Source: Podarcis erhardii
Lineage: Eukaryota
Length of the DNA stretch: 64,000 bases
Assembly (NCBI GenBank): GCA_964252035.1
Contig: OZ176206.1
Strand: one strand, 5' to 3'
Of this stretch, positions 23,202-36,320 are shown piece by piece. The position numbers were made by a program, and so were the translations under genes. The stretch's first letter is position 1. Each line of letters starts with the position of its first letter. Below the pieces are notes generated by a model. The model searched no databases and was not told where the DNA came from. It saw nothing but the letters and a program-made list of their open reading frames with translations.

Positions 23202-23812
23202 ACCCCACCCATCTGGTTGGGTTTCCCCAGCCACTCTGGGCGGCTTCCAACAGAATATTAAAAATGCAATAAAAGAGGAAACATTAAAAACTTCCCAAAA
23301 TAGGGCTGCCTTGAGATGTCTTCTAAAAGTCAGATACAGTGGTACCTCGGGTTACCTCGGGTTACATATGCTTCAGGTTACATACACTTCAGGTTACAGA
23401 CTCCGCTAGCCCAGAAATATTACCTTGGGTTAAGAACTTTGCTTCAGGATGAGAACAGAAATTGTGCAGCGGCGGTGCAGCGGCAGCAGGAGGCCCCATT
23501 AGCTAAAGTGGTGCTTCAGGTTAAGAACAGTTTCAGGTTAAGAACAGATCTCCAGAATGAATTAAGTTCTTAACCCGAGGTACCACTGTAGTTGTTTATT
23601 TCCTTGACATCTGATGGGAGGGCATTCCACTATGAGGGCAGCACCAAGACGACCCTCTGCCTGGTTCCTTGTAACCTCACTTCTCACAGCAAGGGAACTG
23701 CCAGAAGGCCCTGGGTGCTGGACCTCAGTGTCTGGGCTGAATGATGGGGGTGGAGACGCTCCTTCGCGTATACAGGACCAAGGCTGTTTAGGCTTTAAAG
23801 GTCAGCACCAAT
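23161..23812 (-). mobile_element. L2-type LINE 3' fragment with (TTA)13 tail, split by a MITE
   Basis: Tail at 23161-23199; body ends TTTAAAGGTCAGCACCAA (reverse of LVLTFK). Confidence 0.75.
23337..23588. mobile_element. Tc1/mariner (Tigger-like) MITE
   Basis: CAGTGGTACCTCGGGTT / AACCCGAGGTACCACTG with TA TSD; small duplication in the left TIR. Confidence 0.92.
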
Positions 23813-23997
23813 GAATTAATAAATTAATTATGTTCCCATTCTTTGTAATATCATCAGAAATTACAGAGCCTTTCTAACAATAGGGTGGTCCTCTGCTCCA
23901 TCACCAACCTAGTAGCCCTGTGGGATCTGTCCTAGTCTTGTTCCTTCCTGCCATCCCTTGTCTGCATGTCAGCTAGAGCAAGGGGTAGGGGATTACC

Positions 23998-24382
23998 TGT
24001 CAGGAGTCCAGGTTCCCAGCAACACAGTAAGCGTAGCTAATTAAAAAGGATGGTTTATTGTCAAAACAAACAGCTCCAGACAGCTTTAACACATCCTCTG
24101 ACATCATCAATCAAGATGACCCTTCTGAAGACGCCTTCCGGTTTCTACAGAAGATAGAGAACTTTGGCGTCTTACATCTCTTGCTTTGTTTCTGGTCTAA
24201 CAGCCCTCTCCTTAGTCGACTCTGAGGAAGGATTGGATCAGGTTGCCCCTCCTCCCTTTCTGACAAACTACTTATTTCTCCATTCACTCCTGTTTGAACT
24301 TCCCAAGAGCTTTGGCTGGGTTCCAGCCTCCTCTCAGCCGTTCCCTTATCCCCCAGCATTCCAAGGGGTGGGGGAGTTGGCA
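23998..24382 (-). mobile_element. Second copy of LTR family A
   Basis: Reverse complement aligns to 3525-3919 including the ...CCTGACA end and AATAAA; flanks are TTACC and CTACC. Confidence 0.85.
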
Positions 24383-24468
24383 CTACCCGTGTGGGAATGT
24401 TCAGGGAGGCAGGAGAGGATATATTGTTTAATTATATCCTTTCCAACTTGCATTAACAAGTTCTATAA

Positions 24469-24995
24469 TTTAGCAGAGTAACATTCCCCTTTTAAATTTA
24501 CACAGCAGATAGATTTGCCAGGCTTGCTTATGCCTCTAAAATAAGTTTCCTGGTAATTCCCCTTTATTCTCTCCTAAAAGGAATAGACATGACACAATCT
24601 TGTATAAAAGGTATAGAATAGTTTACTCACACATTCTGTTCACAGATGGATCCCAGAAGGCAGACTTCAGTTACAAAATAAATACACTTGGAATCTATCC
24701 CATAAGGAGATAGTTCCTTTGTGCTCTCTTGGTTGGAAGCCAAGAGAGCATCTCAGGCTGATGCTTCTATGACAAAAGCAAAATGAAGAAGAGAGATATG
24801 TGGTGGCCAGCCCTGTGCTTTTGTTACCTGCAAGGTGAGGTCATGCCCACCTCTGGTCACATGCAGAGGAAGTTTGTCCCAGCCCAGGAGGAAACAGGAA
24901 GTTTATCTACTGGCTGGACAAACATCAATCTTCATGTCTAAACATGTCCAATCTAGGAATGTTGTATCTGACTGCTCTGTGTTTCACACCCCACA
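24469..24995. mobile_element. LTR-like repeat (family C)
   Basis: Shares TAGCAGAG...GTTTACTCACA...GTTCACAG...AGAAGGCAG...CCCACA with 58525-59011; TSD not confirmed. Confidence 0.55.
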
Positions 24996-25379
24996 AGCTG
25001 CTGTTCATCCTGCATGAAAGTTAACTCTCTCTGTTCCTGGCTGCTTTCTTCTGTTGGCTGGAAACCTTCACTGGGAGCTGGCTCATGCCTGACATTACCA
25101 GTACCTTGTAGTGGCCTCTTTAAGAGCATAGGAAGAGCCAGTTGAATCCCAAGCTGCCACCTCTCCCAGGTGCTTTAAGATAATGCATGTACTATCAATA
25201 CCATGACTCTTAGACCTCCATCCAAGTGCCCTGCAAATAAATCCAGCATAGCAATAGAGATCTTGGAGCAGGGAGGCCTGAGATGAAAGTCCTCAGAGCT
25301 ATGAAGCTTGCTGGGTGAGGGATGCTCACTCAACCTCATGGAGATGTTATGTGAATGAAATAACCACAACTTAGGTAAC

Positions 25380-25995
25380 ATCTAGGTTGGACCACTGCAA
25401 TGAGTTATATGTTATGCTGCCTTTGAAGATGGTTTAGAAACTACAGATGATGCAGAATCTGGTGGCCAGATTTTATCATGGCAAGAGGGTCTGAACATAT
25501 AACACCAATTCTGGCATGACTGCACTCCATACCAATTTGTTTCTAGGCTCAATCCAGAGGGCTTGTTTTGACCTATAAAGCCTTATGCAGCTCAGGACCC
25601 CAATACCTCAGAGACCGCCTCTCCTCACATGAACCAACCCAGATCCTGCAATCATCACCTGAGACCCTTCCTCATGTGTCCCCAGCTTGTGAGGTTCAGA
25701 GGGTGGCAACATGAGATCAGGTCTTTTCAGTGGTGGCTCCCAATGTGTGGAATGCTCTCTCCAGGGAGGCATGCCTTTATCCATTTTTCAACAAAGCAAA
25801 AACTTTTCTCTTTACCCAGACTTTTGGCCCTTAATTTGAAGAGTCGCATGTGGCTTCTTTTGGTGAGATGGGGTCAGTAAATCCTGGTCTGTTTTAGCTC
25901 TTTTAACTGTGCTTTTAGATTTTTTTAATTGGATGTTCTAGTTGGCTTTCATGTAAATTGCTTTGGGTCACTCTGTGAGAACTAAATAAAATAAA
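25380..25995 (+). mobile_element. L2 LINE 3' fragment
   Basis: Decayed RLDYCN...QN..AR...HITP..LH...TYKAL coding signature followed by an AATAAA-rich tail. Confidence 0.7.
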
Positions 25996-26150
25996 TGAAT
26001 AAGGGGGCTATTATTTAAAATACTCCAAACCATGAGGTGCTTTTCCAAAATTAAAACTAGAACAGACAAGTTCCCAATCTAATTAAAGAAGTGAAGATGT
26101 GAATCAGAATACATGCAGGCGACACATAACATGTAACATTTACATGTGCC

Positions 26151-26285
26151 CAGTGTTATTTTTCTAGAAAAAGAGGTGCCAGAGCTCACCATGAACTTAT
26201 CCCTTCTTCTCTTAGAATGGCAATGGTGCCCACCTAAGAGGTGCCGGAGCTGAACTCTAGTGAGCTCCAGCTGAATAAAAGTCTG
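26151..26285. mobile_element. hAT MITE
   Basis: CAG...CTG ends with near-TSD CATGTGCC/CATGTACC; internal AAGAGGTGCC repeats. Confidence 0.7.
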
Positions 26286-26293
26286 CATGTACC

Positions 26294-26515
26294 TTTTATT
26301 TATGTATTTCAATTTGAGCCCCGCCCCACACCTCCAAGGGGCTCACAGTAATTTACCACCCCACCTGCTTTCTCTAAACGACAATCCTGCAAAGTAAGCT
26401 GACAGATAATGACTGGCCCAAGGTCACCCAGTGAGCTTCGAGGCTCCATCGGGATTTGAACCTGGTTCTCTCTTATTCTCATGCAATGCATTCTAACCCC
26501 ACACATATAGCTAGT
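26294..26515 (-). mobile_element. tRNA/CORE-type SINE
   Basis: GACTGGCCCAAGGTCACCCAGTGAGCTTC and reverse B-box GGGATTTGAACC. Confidence 0.7.
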
Positions 26516-27769
26516 AGGTCAAACAACATTTCATGACAGGAGAGGGCCACTTGACCTTCCTGGCATGATCCTACTCTGTGGTGGTCAGTCAGAAGTATTT
26601 TGCAGTGGCAGGGTAGGAAAATACGTTTCACAATTCTTGGGAGGTTGCCATGGGCAATGAGTGGACACAGTGGAAAACACATGGAAGCACTAAAAATTAA
26701 TTCACTTGCCAACTTTACAGCTGGCTAAGTGCTGGCATGATGCCAATGGCAACCTGTCTCTCTGTTTTGTGAAGAGAAAAATACAGCTGCACAAGACTTT
26801 CAAAAACATGTATCGATAGAGGTAGATATATTTTCCTAGAAGAGGCCCTTTGATATGCTTCAATGAAGCCTCATAAAATCATAGTCAGGCAGTATAAAAT
26901 GCTGTTTTTTAAAATAAATAAAAACCTTTTCTCCCTTTGCGTGTATGGTTTGGCTCTCAACAGCAACTGGAAATTACCATGCCAAATGTGTAGTTTGTAT
27001 GAAAAGATTTTGAATTAGCCTGGTACGGCAACTGGAAAGACAAGAATTCACAGCGTGTGATTTAGCAGAGTGACTGGCAGGCCGGACCCCACCCCCCTCA
27101 CTGCCTTCACCAAGCTTTGCAAAACAAACACCCAAAAAGATAGCCAATCAGAGCTGGACACAAGCAGAGTCGGGGCTGTGGTCCACCATTGCTGCTGCAA
27201 TAAGCAAAGGAACTCATCTGACCAGGAGAACTGGGAATGAGCTAGAATGAGAACAAACATTCAAACTGCAGAAAGAAAGAGAGCTTATTTGCTATTTCTG
27301 GTCAGTCAGAGGCTGCTATGGATGTCCCACCATTCTACGAAGTATTCAAGGCAGGGACCAATGATAAAGTTAAGAAAACGACAGCATAGTGCGAAATCAA
27401 TATAAAATAGTGAAAAACAAATACAAAATAACATTCATGTAAAAATATATCCTCCTATATACATGAAAATGTAAGGCTATCATCACGCAGCCCAACTGGA
27501 GCATTTGTAGTGCCACATAAAAATCCTTGACTTGCCTGAAGTCAGGGTGGGGGGCAAAGGCCACTTAGGAAAGGAGGGACACAGAGGGAAATGGTGGTTT
27601 AAGGAACAGCAGAGGTTAGAGGGAAGGAGGGATAGAAGAAAACTGTGGCTAGAGAAAAAATGTTCTCCCTCTTTCGTAACAGTAGCACTTGTGGGCACCC
27701 AACGAAGCTGAATTTTGGGAGATTCAACAGAGGTAAAAGAAAAGACTTCTTCACACACTCATAGCTAAA

Positions 27770-28012
27770 CTAAGGAAGTCGCTCCCATAGAAGGCAGTGA
27801 TGGTCACCAGCTTAGATGGATTTCAAAGAGGATTGGTCAAATTCATGGAGGAGAGGGCTACTAATTGCTACTAGCCGTGATGGCTATGCTCTCTGCATGT
27901 ACTCGAATCCTATTTGTGGGTTTGTAATACCAGGCGTTTGATTGGCCACTGTGAGAAGAGGATGCTGTACTAGATGGGTCACCGGCCTGATCCAGCATGC
28001 TTTTCTTATGTT
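27770..28012 (+). mobile_element. CR1 3' fragment
   Basis: GTGATGGTCACCAGCTTAGATGGATTTCAAAGAGGATTGGTCAAATTCATGGAGG...CTGATCCAGCATGCTTTTCTTATGTTC. Confidence 0.8.
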
Positions 28013-28892
28013 CAATCGAGTTCTGCTGGAAAGCAAACTTCAAAACAATATCTCAGGGGATGTTTTTGTTAGCGGATGTGAAACTTTCTATGCTGAGATG
28101 TCTTTGTGAGCAGGCAAAATTGTGGGTGAAGGGGGGGAGAGACACTCAGAATTTCAACAATCCACCCACTTCAACAAGATAAAAAGAGCTCAGTCAAGCG
28201 TTACAAAAATGAAAAAGAGTTTAGCAAAATCTCGGCCCCACCAATGCTTGCTTTTCTATTACGCTCCCGTGTGTGAAAACAAGAACTCCTGCTCCTAGCA
28301 GGTTGGCAGAAAGTAACAAGATTACAGGTCACTGCACACAAAATCTTCCCAGGGCTCCTACACTGAAGAAGAACGGGCGGGGGGGGGGGACACCACTTGC
28401 ATTAAATACCTGAGCAGCGCTGATGCTTCCCTTCTAGTCCACAAACGCGGAATTGATTCCTCAGGGAGGGGCAGCCTGCTGGCAGCAGCTGGGATGGAGG
28501 CGGGGGCCCAGGGTGTGGCTTCTACACTTTGCTCACAGCCGTAACTAATGCTGGGTGTTTTTTCCCAGTGACAGAACTTGACCTGAAGAAGTTGGATGCT
28601 AAATCCAGCATTCGGAGAGGGGCAGGAGGAAAGAGACAGCGTGGGTGGTTTTGCAGGGAGGGAGGATGCACAACTGTGTCAGTCCACTTTGAGAGAACTG
28701 GGCCATTGCTGAGGATATTTGTAGGTAGCTTGCATTTTGGGAGTGCCCAGCTGCTGTTCGGGTGACTACTTCTCAGACCGCTCCAGTTAGTGTCTGAACA
28801 GTGTTTGTTTTTCACACTTTCTAGCCAAAGACCTACACCTTCCAGAAGATTCTGCAAAGTTTCCTCAGGTATACACACCATGCTGGGCCTTA

Positions 28893-29240
28893 AAAGGTAA
28901 AGGGACCCCTGACCATTAGGTCCAGTCGTGGCTGACTCTGGGGTTGCAGTGCTCATCTCGCTTTATTGGCCGAGGGAGCCGGCGTACAGCTTCCGGGTCA
29001 TGTGGCCAGCATGACTAAGCCGCTTCTGGCGAACCAGAGCAGCGCACGGAAACGCCATTTACCTTCCCGCCAGAGCAGTACCTATTTATCTACTTGCACT
29101 TTGGCGTGCTTTCAAACTGCTAGGTTGGCAGGAGCAGGGACTGAGCAATGGGAGCTCACCCCGTTGCGGGGATTCGAACCGCCGACCTTCTGATCAGCAA
29201 GTCCTAGGCTCTGTGGTTTAACCCACAGCGCCACCCGCGT
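28893..29240 (-). mobile_element. Full-length Sauria SINE
   Basis: tRNA-like head (GGTGGCGCTGTGGGTTAA...GGTTCGAATCC on the minus strand), tail (ACCTTT)n, 13-bp TSD ATG(C/T)TGGGCCTTA. Confidence 0.92.
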
Positions 29241-30519
29241 ATGTTGGGCCTTACAGTTGGTTTATTAATGAAACCAGCCTGAGGTGTGTGTAGAGCAGAA
29301 ATTCCAATGAAAAAGCTTCATCTTCCCAAATTCTCTACCTTCATTTTTTTTTCCTGCCACTGCTACAAAATCTACAGGGTGGTCACTTATCCACACAAAA
29401 AACTTAAACCAAAATCACAGCCAAGAGATATTAGCTTCATCAGAGGGAAGGGTTTCCTGAGCATTGGAAAAGGTGTTCACTGCTTCTTGTGGGACCACCA
29501 GGCAGGGTCTGTGATCGAGGCCAGAAATTCCCATTCAGCCCCAGGCTGTGAGAAAAACTGTCCTGGAGTTCTTCTGGCAAACAGAGCCAGTCAGGCAAGG
29601 GTTACTGGAACACATCGCCTGTTCCTGTCCCCACGGCTAAATGAAGCAGAGAAAGCAGGCCTATCATTAAACAGCTCAGCTAGTCAGGAGGAAAAGAAGA
29701 GGCTGTTTCTAATCAACAATGCTAACCCGATAATGGAAGGAAGCCTGAGTTTAATGGCTTGAAACTCTCCGGCAAAGCTGGCTCTCGGCTGATGTCTCCA
29801 GATAAGAGCATCGTTAGATGCATCAGCACCAGCATCTTGCCACTTAATTCACAGCTTCAGGACATTTAATGCCGGGTTTGCCAAGCATGTGAAGAGGAGC
29901 TGGGACAGATCCCAGGAGGGGAGGGAGGGGAGAGGAAATGGGTTCTGGTTACCTGCTCTGGGAAGGCACTGTGACCCATTTCAATCACAGTGTTCCCCAG
30001 GAGAAAGGGTGTGTTGTGTGTGCGTGCGTGCGCAGGGACACTCTGATAGAACAGCTTCTCTCTGTCCTCTAAAAAGAAACTTTCCCTAGCAACAAAACAG
30101 AACTGGTGGAGAAATAAATGCTTACTGGGGCTGAGCCAAATCGACTCCAAATCGACTTCATGAACATTTTCAGTACTGTTGGTGATTTTTTTGCAGCGCC
30201 ACTTGCCGAAATACTCATCAGTTTATTTATATTGGCCTTTCTGGAATTCATTCTCAACTGATTTTGTTTTCCTCAGTGACATTCATGTACATTATATATT
30301 CATTTACATAGCAGAGCCAAATCTATGTAGCAATGTGGCATCACCCTGTTTGCTTTTGGATCCCTGATTGGCTAGGATCTGTTATGGGAGTACTTCCAAA
30401 AGGCAAAAAGAGCACAAGCCAGACAGAAATATGACATCAACCAAGGGAATATTTGAACACTTTCTTTTAAGAATAGCCCACCACAATCCTGGAGTATATG
30501 CAGCATGGCCCTAGTGACT

Positions 30520-30700
30520 CTTTTTATGACATAAGTCAGACAAAAAGAGATCGTGATGAGCTCCAGAAGGACGTCTCCAAACTGAATGAATGGGTGGTAA
30601 AATAGCAATTGCAATACATTGTAAAGAACTGTAAAGTGATGCTTGTCAGGGCAAAAACAAACCTTAATTGCACACATGTACATCTGGGATCTAAACTAAG
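30520..30700 (+). mobile_element. CR1 RT C-terminal fragment
   Basis: Decayed LQKD.SKLNEW...CKVM...KN signature. Confidence 0.65.
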
Positions 30701-32899
30701 CTCATGGGATCAACAGATTTTCCTTGGCAGTGTGTAAGCCTGCCCCCTCCCTGCAATGATCCCTTGCCTGTTTTGAAAAGGTGAAGACTGGATTAGTGTT
30801 TTGCTCCCCTTTGCTTTCTTCTTTGGTGTTTCCAGCTGTCTGATTTGGAATTATAACCAGATAGGGCACAAATCCCATTTTGGTGCTGTTCCTTGTCCCT
30901 GGGATCTCATCATGTCAGTTCTCTTATGCATGCTGGGAACCATAGGTCTGACTCGTTTCCTCCCAGATGTTCTGGGACGCATCAATGCTATAAGCAGCAG
31001 TTACTCCACTCTGCTTGGCATCTCAATGGGCCTGGTGATTATGACTCATCCTGTCCGTCCCTCCTGCTGCCAGTCAATTGCCAAACCCTGTTGCTTCTTC
31101 CTGTCTGCCTGTGCATAGGAAGTGCCAGCAGGGACCAAGAAGTTATTCTCTCCCACTCTCTCTATTCTAGAAGGTGGCCTGGGCCAGCAGTATCCCATTT
31201 GAAATGTTGCTCATTCCAGCTTAATGCTGCTTCTAACTGGCTCCAGAAAATCTCCTTTCTGTGACCTGGTTTGCAAATCATGCTAGATGCACAAGTGGAC
31301 AGGCTCTGAGAAAAGAAATGGTGGCTGCTCTGCCTCTTCCCAGCCATTCTGCTACCATGCTGAGTTAAGCCATTGCCACACCTTGGCTCATGCTTTAGTC
31401 CTCCTTAATGAACCATGAGCCTAAAACCTTGGTTCAAGCTCATGGGTAGTCAGGAGAGAGCCAAACCACAAGTCCAGGTTTCAGATGATGTGCTCAGTCA
31501 ACTTGGTGCATGATCCAACAAGCTCTCCTTAGGTTCCTATGTTCATGCTAAGCCATGGCTTGGCTTAGCGTGACATGCAGACCAGGCCATGGATACAGAA
31601 AATAATGTTGCATAGTCAGCCTCAAGCGTGGTTTCCAACAGACAATTGGTACCTGTGGCAGTTCTTCAGACGTAGTGGTACTCCAGCTCCCATCAGCCCA
31701 TGCAGCTAGCATGGCCAACGGTCAGGAATGATGAAAGCTGTAGTCCAAAAACACAGGTCTCCCCATCCCTGATCTGCAAGTTACCATAATCTCCCCCTGT
31801 CTTGATAGTAGGCTTGCCATTTGCCCCAAGGCACAGTTCCTGAGCCCTGTTCCTGGGTGCCATGCCCAGTTCATTCAATCTTTGGGCACTGGCTTGGATT
31901 AATTCTCCCATCTGTATCTTTGTCCGCATGTGACTAACTGAATGAGCCCAAAGGCTGAATAAAGGGGAAAAACAAGGGTGTCCTGGCTCTTTATCTCCAG
32001 GGCAGATGGGCCTAATCAATGCACCTTGGCCAACTGATTTTAAAAATTAAAGGACTTGGCAAAGCAGAAGCAAAGGGTTCTGCCTAAACTTTGAAAGAAC
32101 TATTTATCAAAGGGCTGAAATAAACTGGATGCTCCAGGCTGGGCTTGTGTGAGTTCCACCAGATAAGGTTCCTGTTATATAGCAAAGGGAGATGGATAAT
32201 GCTGGACTGCAGTGTCCACCTAGCCTGGATTCTAAGCTCACAGTTCTGCCCATTGTTGATTCCGTTATAGAGACGACAGGTCATGCAGCTTTTTTTAAAT
32301 AATGGGTTTATAGAGTTGATTTTTTTTTCTTTGTTTCTAGAGATGTCTGTGAAAGCAATACTTATTGAGTTAAAATTATGCACTAATCCCAAACAGGGAT
32401 CTCTCTGGAGGAAATTGTTTTCCATATCTTCACTTGGTGCAAAGTCTATCTGAATTTTCCAGAAAAGTAACAGGCCCAGAAACCAGCTGTGCTTTGCAAC
32501 TGGAGAATAGGGTTTGCAGGAGAAGAGTAGTAAAATGCACAGGCCAAGATAGAGCTATCTGGAAGCAGAAGCAGAAATCCCTAACCCTTTCTTATACTGG
32601 TGTTGGGAGTAAAGCAGCAATGCTTGTAATACCTTATCTGAACGTATCGGCAACCGATACTCCCTTGCTTATTCCTTCTTAAGCAACTGTTGGCATACGG
32701 GTTGTTTCTAAGGCTTTACCTCCTTCCTCTTTTTTTCTCCAGTGAGCTTAACCTCATACCTCCATAATGGCCACAGGAAAGCCTGTACTCAGAATGACTT
32801 TGCTCCCCAGCAGTAGTACACCTTAAGTTTTCAACCAGCAGATTTCCCTGGTATTTCTCCACTCTGCTGCTAACTATATGTGGGATGTAATCCACTGGT

Positions 32900-33140
32900 C
32901 TCCTGCCAATCTAGCAGTTTGAAAGCACATCAAAGTGCAAGTAGATAAATAGGTACTGCTCCGGTGGGAAGGTAAATGGCACTTCCGTGCACTGCTCTGG
33001 TTCACCAGAAGTGGCTTAGTCATGCTGGCCACATGACCCGGAAGCTGTACGCCGGCTCCCTCGGCCAATAAAGCGAGATGAGTGCCGCAACCCCAGAGTC
33101 GGTCACAACTGGACCTAATGGTCAGGGGTCCTTTTACCTT
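32900..33140 (+). mobile_element. 5'-truncated Sauria SINE
   Basis: Aligns to the reverse complement of 28893-29130; 12-bp TSD TAATCCACTGGT. Confidence 0.92.
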
Positions 33141-33157
33141 TAATCCACTGGTACAGT

Positions 33158-34188
33158 CAGTGCTGGATTTCTGTATCGGCTAAGTAGGCTGAAGCCTAGG
33201 GCCTCTAAATCTAGGGGGCCTCGCCAGCCCTCCCACTCCCCAGGGGGCAGTCTCCCCTCTCCCAAAATTGGAGAAAGCTCATAAATTGTATCCCTTCTGG
33301 CATCCTGGTCAACTCTATTACACTGGTGTAAACCCTGGCGTACCAGAAGCACAGAATAGCAGCAAATAAAATCCGCTCATACGTCAGCAACTGATAAGAC
33401 TTGTCAGCCAGTTCTTCCAAAGTCTTCCTGAATTATAAACCTCCAAAATACAGGCCAAAAGAGAGCAGGTCTGGGAAGAGCGAGGCATACAATGGGCACC
33501 ACCAGTGAAAAGGCCCTGCTCCATGTAACTCCTGCCCTGTCATTTGATAGAGTGCCCACTTGCCCTCCTTCTTGAAATGGAATGCTCTCTATTGGAGTCT
33601 CCAGGTCCAGTACAAAGAACATAAGAAGGGAGAGCAGGGAAGTTCCCAACAGCTGTTAATCAAGCAAACACGCACACAGGTCACCTTTGTCACAGTCAGG
33701 ACACCTATGTCCTGGCCAGGCCTGCACTCAATCTTGTTTTTGTACAATCTTGTTTGTCCTCAGTAACCAAAATTATATTATCAACATATTCAAGCAGAAA
33801 AGTTGTTTTCCTTCATTTGCAAGGAATCGTACAAAACAAAGTGGCACTAATGATGCTAATTCTTTCCCCCCAGAGTTAAATGATAACTATTCAGAGGCAG
33901 CTACAGGAAAGCGATGAGATTCAGGTGAGGGTCAGATGCCTTGTTAATTCCAGCAGGTATATAAGAGGATGACCCGGCCCATCACCATGGTATTTAACAA
34001 TAATACCCTATGTGTTTTTGAGGAGAAATTGTGAATTGTAGAGTTTTAAATACCCTTCATCATACTTGGCTTCACTCAATTTTGTTTATAACACTCTTCC
34101 ATTTTCTTCTAGTTGTGAGGGTGAGGGATGAGGAGGGGCCTCACAAGTGGAGTAGCCTAGGGCCTCCCTTCATCTAAATCCGGCGCTG
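33158..34188. mobile_element. 1.03-kb non-autonomous hAT element
   Basis: TIRs CAGTGCTGGATTT / AAATCCGGCGCTG, subterminal AGCCTAGGGCC at both ends, perfect 8-bp TSD GGTACAGT. Confidence 0.85.
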
Positions 34189-36043
34189 GGTACAGTCAAA
34201 AGCAGCATTCCTTATTTCCCTAGAGTGAGCACAGGTGGGGACATCCAGTCAGTGCAACCTACAGCCTGGGCAGGCCACATCGTACTCTTATATACCTGCT
34301 GGGATTGACAAGGTATCTGACCCTCACCTGAATCCCATTAATCAGCCCTAGCAAACCCACACAGACTGGGGCTGATGGGAGTTGTAGTCCAAAAGCATTT
34401 GGAGGGCAGAAAGTTGGTGAAGGATGCTACACACACACACACACACCCCAATAACACAACTGCATGTAAGAAACAGAAACATTCTTGGGGTGGAGGCTGA
34501 GAATTTTTAAACCCTTGGGATTCTGAGGAGGAAGGTGAAATGCAAGGGGATGTGTGTAAAATACAGATAAGAAAGCTGAACTCCAGCTGTTCCTCTTATC
34601 AACCCTCCCTATTTTCCACTGCAAGAACATGTAATTTTTGTGCCTTAATCATATAAGTTGGAGTGACAGCTGCCATGTGTCAGTGATTTGGTTCCTGGAA
34701 TTCTCCTCCCGCCTCCCGCCTCCCGCTGCCGCCATGCATGCATCTAAAATGGAATCTTGCTTCCTAGCTCCTTTTTCTAATCTTCTTCTTAATGCATACC
34801 ATATCTTGATGATGCATAACGGAAGTTATTAGCAGTGATGCATTAAAATATTAGATGGCCTTGAGAGGTGCCTCTTGTTTACCTCAGGCATTTTTTTAAA
34901 AAATGTTTTTTAAAAAATTCTTATTACATCCTGGGTCAGTTTCTGGGCTTAAGTAAATAACAGGCTTCTTTGTTTTTTTCTTCAAAAGCACAAGATCTGG
35001 ACATGTTTGGTGTATATAACAGTACACGTGCCTACTCAGGAGTAAGTTCCAGTAAGTTCATTGGGACCTACTCCTAGGTAAGTGGATGTACCGTCGCAGC
35101 CCACAGGTTTGCAAATGCACCTTAGATGTTTGCAAGAGCACAGCACCCATAAAGGACATACTTGGTAACACTCTGTCAGTTGCAGCGGTGGGAGAAATCT
35201 CCCTTTGTGGGTTCAGTATGGATGCACAAACCAGATTCCTAACTGGTCAGACTTTTATTCAGTAATGCATTACTGGATAGAGTCCAAAAGAGTCTGTGAG
35301 ATCATATCCAATATGATATATGTAATATAGGCTGGGGTTTTTTTAAAAAATGTTTTTATTGAAGATTTTCTTGGGTAACAAAAGTACATACAGTGTCTCT
35401 GCTGCCAGTTCATAGAGACCTTTCTACTGATCTCCCCAACCACATTCTGCCCCTCCTTTGCCCCACCATTGCTCATCCAATCACATTCCTTGAAAATACT
35501 TACTCAACCCATTTTTATTTTGCTGGATGTGCAGCCAAGTTGCTTTTCCCTGGTTTCTTTCCTGCCGGGACCAATTTCCTGTGTATGTGCCACAGCATGT
35601 TTACCATTGACTTAAGCAGGGCTTACTTCCGAGTAAAGGGTACACTGGGCCATAACCTCCAGGTTAGTGCCTTTCTATTGGCGCCTTGTTTGAAGTAATG
35701 AAAAGGCAAGTGTGGTATTGCCAGATTTAGGCTGCAGCACTGTGTACCCACTTTCTTAGGAATAATCTCAGGCTTGTGGGTTCAAATTCCCATGTTGGGC
35801 AAAAAGATTCCTGCATTGCAGGGAGATGGACTCTCAGGGTCTCTTCCAACTCCAAAATTCTATTATTCTATTATTGTGTTGTTAAACACCCAGTTTAAGA
35901 GTTGTTTGAGATGACTCAATTATGTTGTTTTTTTCTGGAGATGGGATGGCGAACACATCTCCCCGAGAAGAGCGCAAGGGACAAGGGGAGGCACCAATAC
36001 AGCTCCTTACCAATGGCACAGCTCTGATGATACAGCCTCTCTT

Positions 36044-36295
36044 GAGAGCCAGCATGGTGTAGTGGTTAAGAGTAGTGGACTCGTAATCTGGTGAACCGGG
36101 TTCGCATCTCCGCTCCTCCACATGCAGCTGCTGGGTGACCTTGGGCCAGTCACACTTCTCTGAAGTCTCTCAGCCCCACTCACCTCACAGAGTGTTTGTT
36201 GTGGGTGAGGAAGGGAAAAGAGAATGTTAGCCGCTTTGAGACACCTTAGGGTAGTGATAAAGCAGGATATCAAATCCAAACTCTTCTTCTTCTTC
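36044..36295 (+). mobile_element. Squam-type tRNA SINE
   Basis: Head GCCAGCATGGTGTAGTGGTTAAGAG...GGGTTCGCATC, tail (CTT)n; homologous to 42519-42804. Confidence 0.88.
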
Positions 36296-36320
36296 AAACC
36301 TGCTTGGAAGTGAGACTCAC

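Noticed and set aside
28569-28640. Plus-strand exon (TELDLKKLDAKSSIRRG...)
   Set aside because: The acceptor is good but the donor (AGC|GTGGGT) is weak and the peptide is not recognisable.
28966-29193. Similar 'MAEGAGVQLPGHVASMTKPLL' ORFs here and at 32874-33068
   Set aside because: Both are translations of Sauria SINE copies; the similarity reflects the repeat.
30126-30260. Minus-strand GTAAGC donor with short upstream ORF (MFMKSIWSRFGSAP) as a first exon
   Set aside because: No acceptor or promoter evidence, weak exonic side of the donor, and no recognisable peptide.
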